From: Alphaproteobacteria bacterium
GTDB lineage: Bacteria > Pseudomonadota > Alphaproteobacteria > UBA2966
DNA length: 64,000 bases
Assembly (NCBI GenBank): GCA_964291395.2
Contig: OZ219856.1
Location: 1,088,001-1,152,000 of the forward strand
Direction of reading: 5' to 3'
In this document: one piece after another, positions 62,430 through 64,000 of the stretch
Layout of the letters: each line of letters opens with the position of its first letter
Numbering within the stretch: the first letter of the stretch is position 1
Position numbers and translations under genes: made by a program
The notes under the pieces: model-generated
Seen by the model: only the letters and a program-made list of their open reading frames with translations
Told to the model about the DNA's origin: nothing
Databases searched by the model: none

Positions 62430-64000
62430 TGCAGGACACAAGGCCGGAATACGCATCGATAGCCGAACTCGCCGCTCGCTCCGGTACATCCGTGCCCTGC
62501 GCCGGCAACTTGCCGGTGAAACTCGACGACCCGGATGGTGTCTGGTTCATTGACCGGGGCGCCGTCGATCTGTTCTTGGTCGAATTCAAGGACGGGGTGG
62601 AGCAGGCGCCGCCGCAGCACCTGCTGCGCCGCGAATCAGGCAGGTTGCTGCCGGGTGTCGCACCAGACGAACAGGGCGATGACAAAGACACTACGCTCAG
62701 CCTGATAGCCAAAGGATTGCCGGGTACCCTTCTGAAGCGCCTGCCGGCATCCTTGCTGTCCGAGATCCATCCAACGGAACTGGCGGAACAGACCGATACT
62801 TGGCTGACCGCCATTACCGACACGCTTTCGCGTTTCGTAGGCCGCATTCCGCGTCCGACTGCGCTGGCCGAACCCGGTCTGACCCGGACTCTGGCCCCTT
62901 GTACGCTATCCGTACGGCGCGGCGTGGTGTGGGTATCCGAACCGTCGCGCGGCGCAAGCCTGTTCATGGATATGGTCGATCAGGCGGAACTGGCCGAGGC
63001 GAGCGGTCCGCACGAAGCCGTGATACCGCTGACGCGGACAAGCTGGCTCACCTTGCTCGACGAGGCAACAGTTTCAGGCAAGTCAACCGAAACACTGGCG
63101 GAGCAAGGCATGCTACTGCCGGCGCTTGCTTCCTTTCACGCGGTTGCTTTCGCCTTGGAACGCCTTAACCGTCGACTGGCCGTGGTCGATGATGCGAATC
63201 TCGAACGCGCTCGGATATCCAGCCGCCGCAAGGCCGAAAAAGCTGCCCGACAGCGGCTTTTCAATATCTATGACCACCCGATTGACCGGGATGCCGACGT
63301 CGAGGACACAGCTCTGGCGGATGCCCTGCACATCATCGGCCGCCATCAAGGAATCGATTTCAGGATTCCAGTACGCTCGGGACCTTCCGATTCTCCGGTC
63401 GGCCTCGTCGACGTTCTTGACGCGTCAGGTGTGCGCGCTCGGCGCGTGCGATTCAAGGCCGAGGGCAACTGGTGGCGCGGCGACAGCAACGCGATGCTGG
63501 CATTCCGCGCCAAGGACGGCCGGCCCGTTGCGCTGCTGCCGGGAATGTTCGGGCGCTACCGGGAAATCGACCCGGTCAGTAGGCGCAGTGTCCGGATTAC
63601 GGCGGATCGCGCCGACGCGCTGGAGGAAGAAGCTTGGATGTTCTATCGGCCATTACCGTCGGGGAACGTGAAGCCGTTAGACCTGCTGGGTATCGCCCTG
63701 CATGGATCGGCCCCGGATCTGGCGCGGCTGGTGATTGCCGGGCTTCCGGGCGGCCTGATCAAACTGCTGCCGGCACTCGCGCTTGGATTCGTTGCGAATC
63801 ATATAATGGCGGGCGGAAGCGTCGGAGCGCTCTATGCCGTGGCCGTGACGCTGGCGGGGTTTGGCCTGCTCGGCGCACTGCTTCACCTGCTTCAAAGCAC
63901 GGCGATGATGCGGCTCGAGGGGCGCTCGGCGTCGCGGGTCGAAGCCGCCTTCTGGGACCGCCTCATGCGCCTTCCGCCAAGCATTCTGCACCGTCAACCA
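62429..64000 (+). CDS. Second NHLP-type ABC transporter subunit, N-terminal part (runs off the window edge)
   Basis: ATG overlaps the upstream TGA. Manual translation: ...LDDPDGVWFIDRGAVDLFLVE..., SGVRARRV, WWRGD, PVALLP, AWMFYRPLP, AAFWDRLMRLP. Not in the ORF track. Confidence 0.9.
   Translation, partial: MQDTRPEYASIAELAARSGTSVPCAGNLPVKLDDPDGVWFIDRGAVDLFLVEFKDGVEQAPPQHLLRRESGRLLPGVAPDEQGDDKDTTLSLIAKGLPGTLLKRLPASLLSEIHPTELAEQTDTWLTAITDTLSRFVGRIPRPTALAEPGLTRTLAPCTLSVRRGVVWVSEPSRGASLFMDMVDQAELAEASGPHEAVIPLTRTSWLTLLDEATVSGKSTETLAEQGMLLPALASFHAVAFALERLNRRLAVVDDANLERARISSRRKAEKAARQRLFNIYDHPIDRDADVEDTALADALHIIGRHQGIDFRIPVRSGPSDSPVGLVDVLDASGVRARRVRFKAEGNWWRGDSNAMLAFRAKDGRPVALLPGMFGRYREIDPVSRRSVRITADRADALEEEAWMFYRPLPSGNVKPLDLLGIALHGSAPDLARLVIAGLPGGLIKLLPALALGFVANHIMAGGSVGALYAVAVTLAGFGLLGALLHLLQSTAMMRLEGRSASRVEAAFWDRLMRLPPSILHRQP

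Overview
High-GC alphaproteobacterial chromosome segment. The taxon call rests on ALAS-type hemA, MucR/Ros, a Cbp3-like chaperone and the plsX-fabH-ihfA-merR-tRNA-Pro block; a marine Rhodospirillales-like lifestyle is inferred, not proven. Layout: 1-18 kb catabolic and transport genes (amidohydrolase, AhpD-like peroxidase, LLM and TauD oxygenases, EamA, CoA transferase, glutaryl-CoA dehydrogenase, hemA, liv operon, mucR); 18.6-27.8 kb a methylamine module (HAAT-type ABC transporter converging on tmm-tdm); 28-43.9 kb core genes from rpiB to tRNA-Pro, with no glyA between rpiB and nrdR; 44-64 kb an accessory region. Two signals stand out. (1) A RiPP locus: an AlkB-like membrane di-iron enzyme fused to a degenerate GlnE-like nucleotidyltransferase module overlaps a fused RRE-E1-YcaO cyclodehydratase gene. 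About 4 kb downstream are an MMPL transporter and an NHLP-type three-gene export cassette with an unusually short adaptor. No precursor peptide is visible and the cluster runs off the window edge. (2) A hidden selenoprotein: the ORFs at 504-746 and 807-1085 are one AhpD-like gene with a CxxU motif and a SECIS-like hairpin. All calls come from motif recognition by eye; no searches were run.
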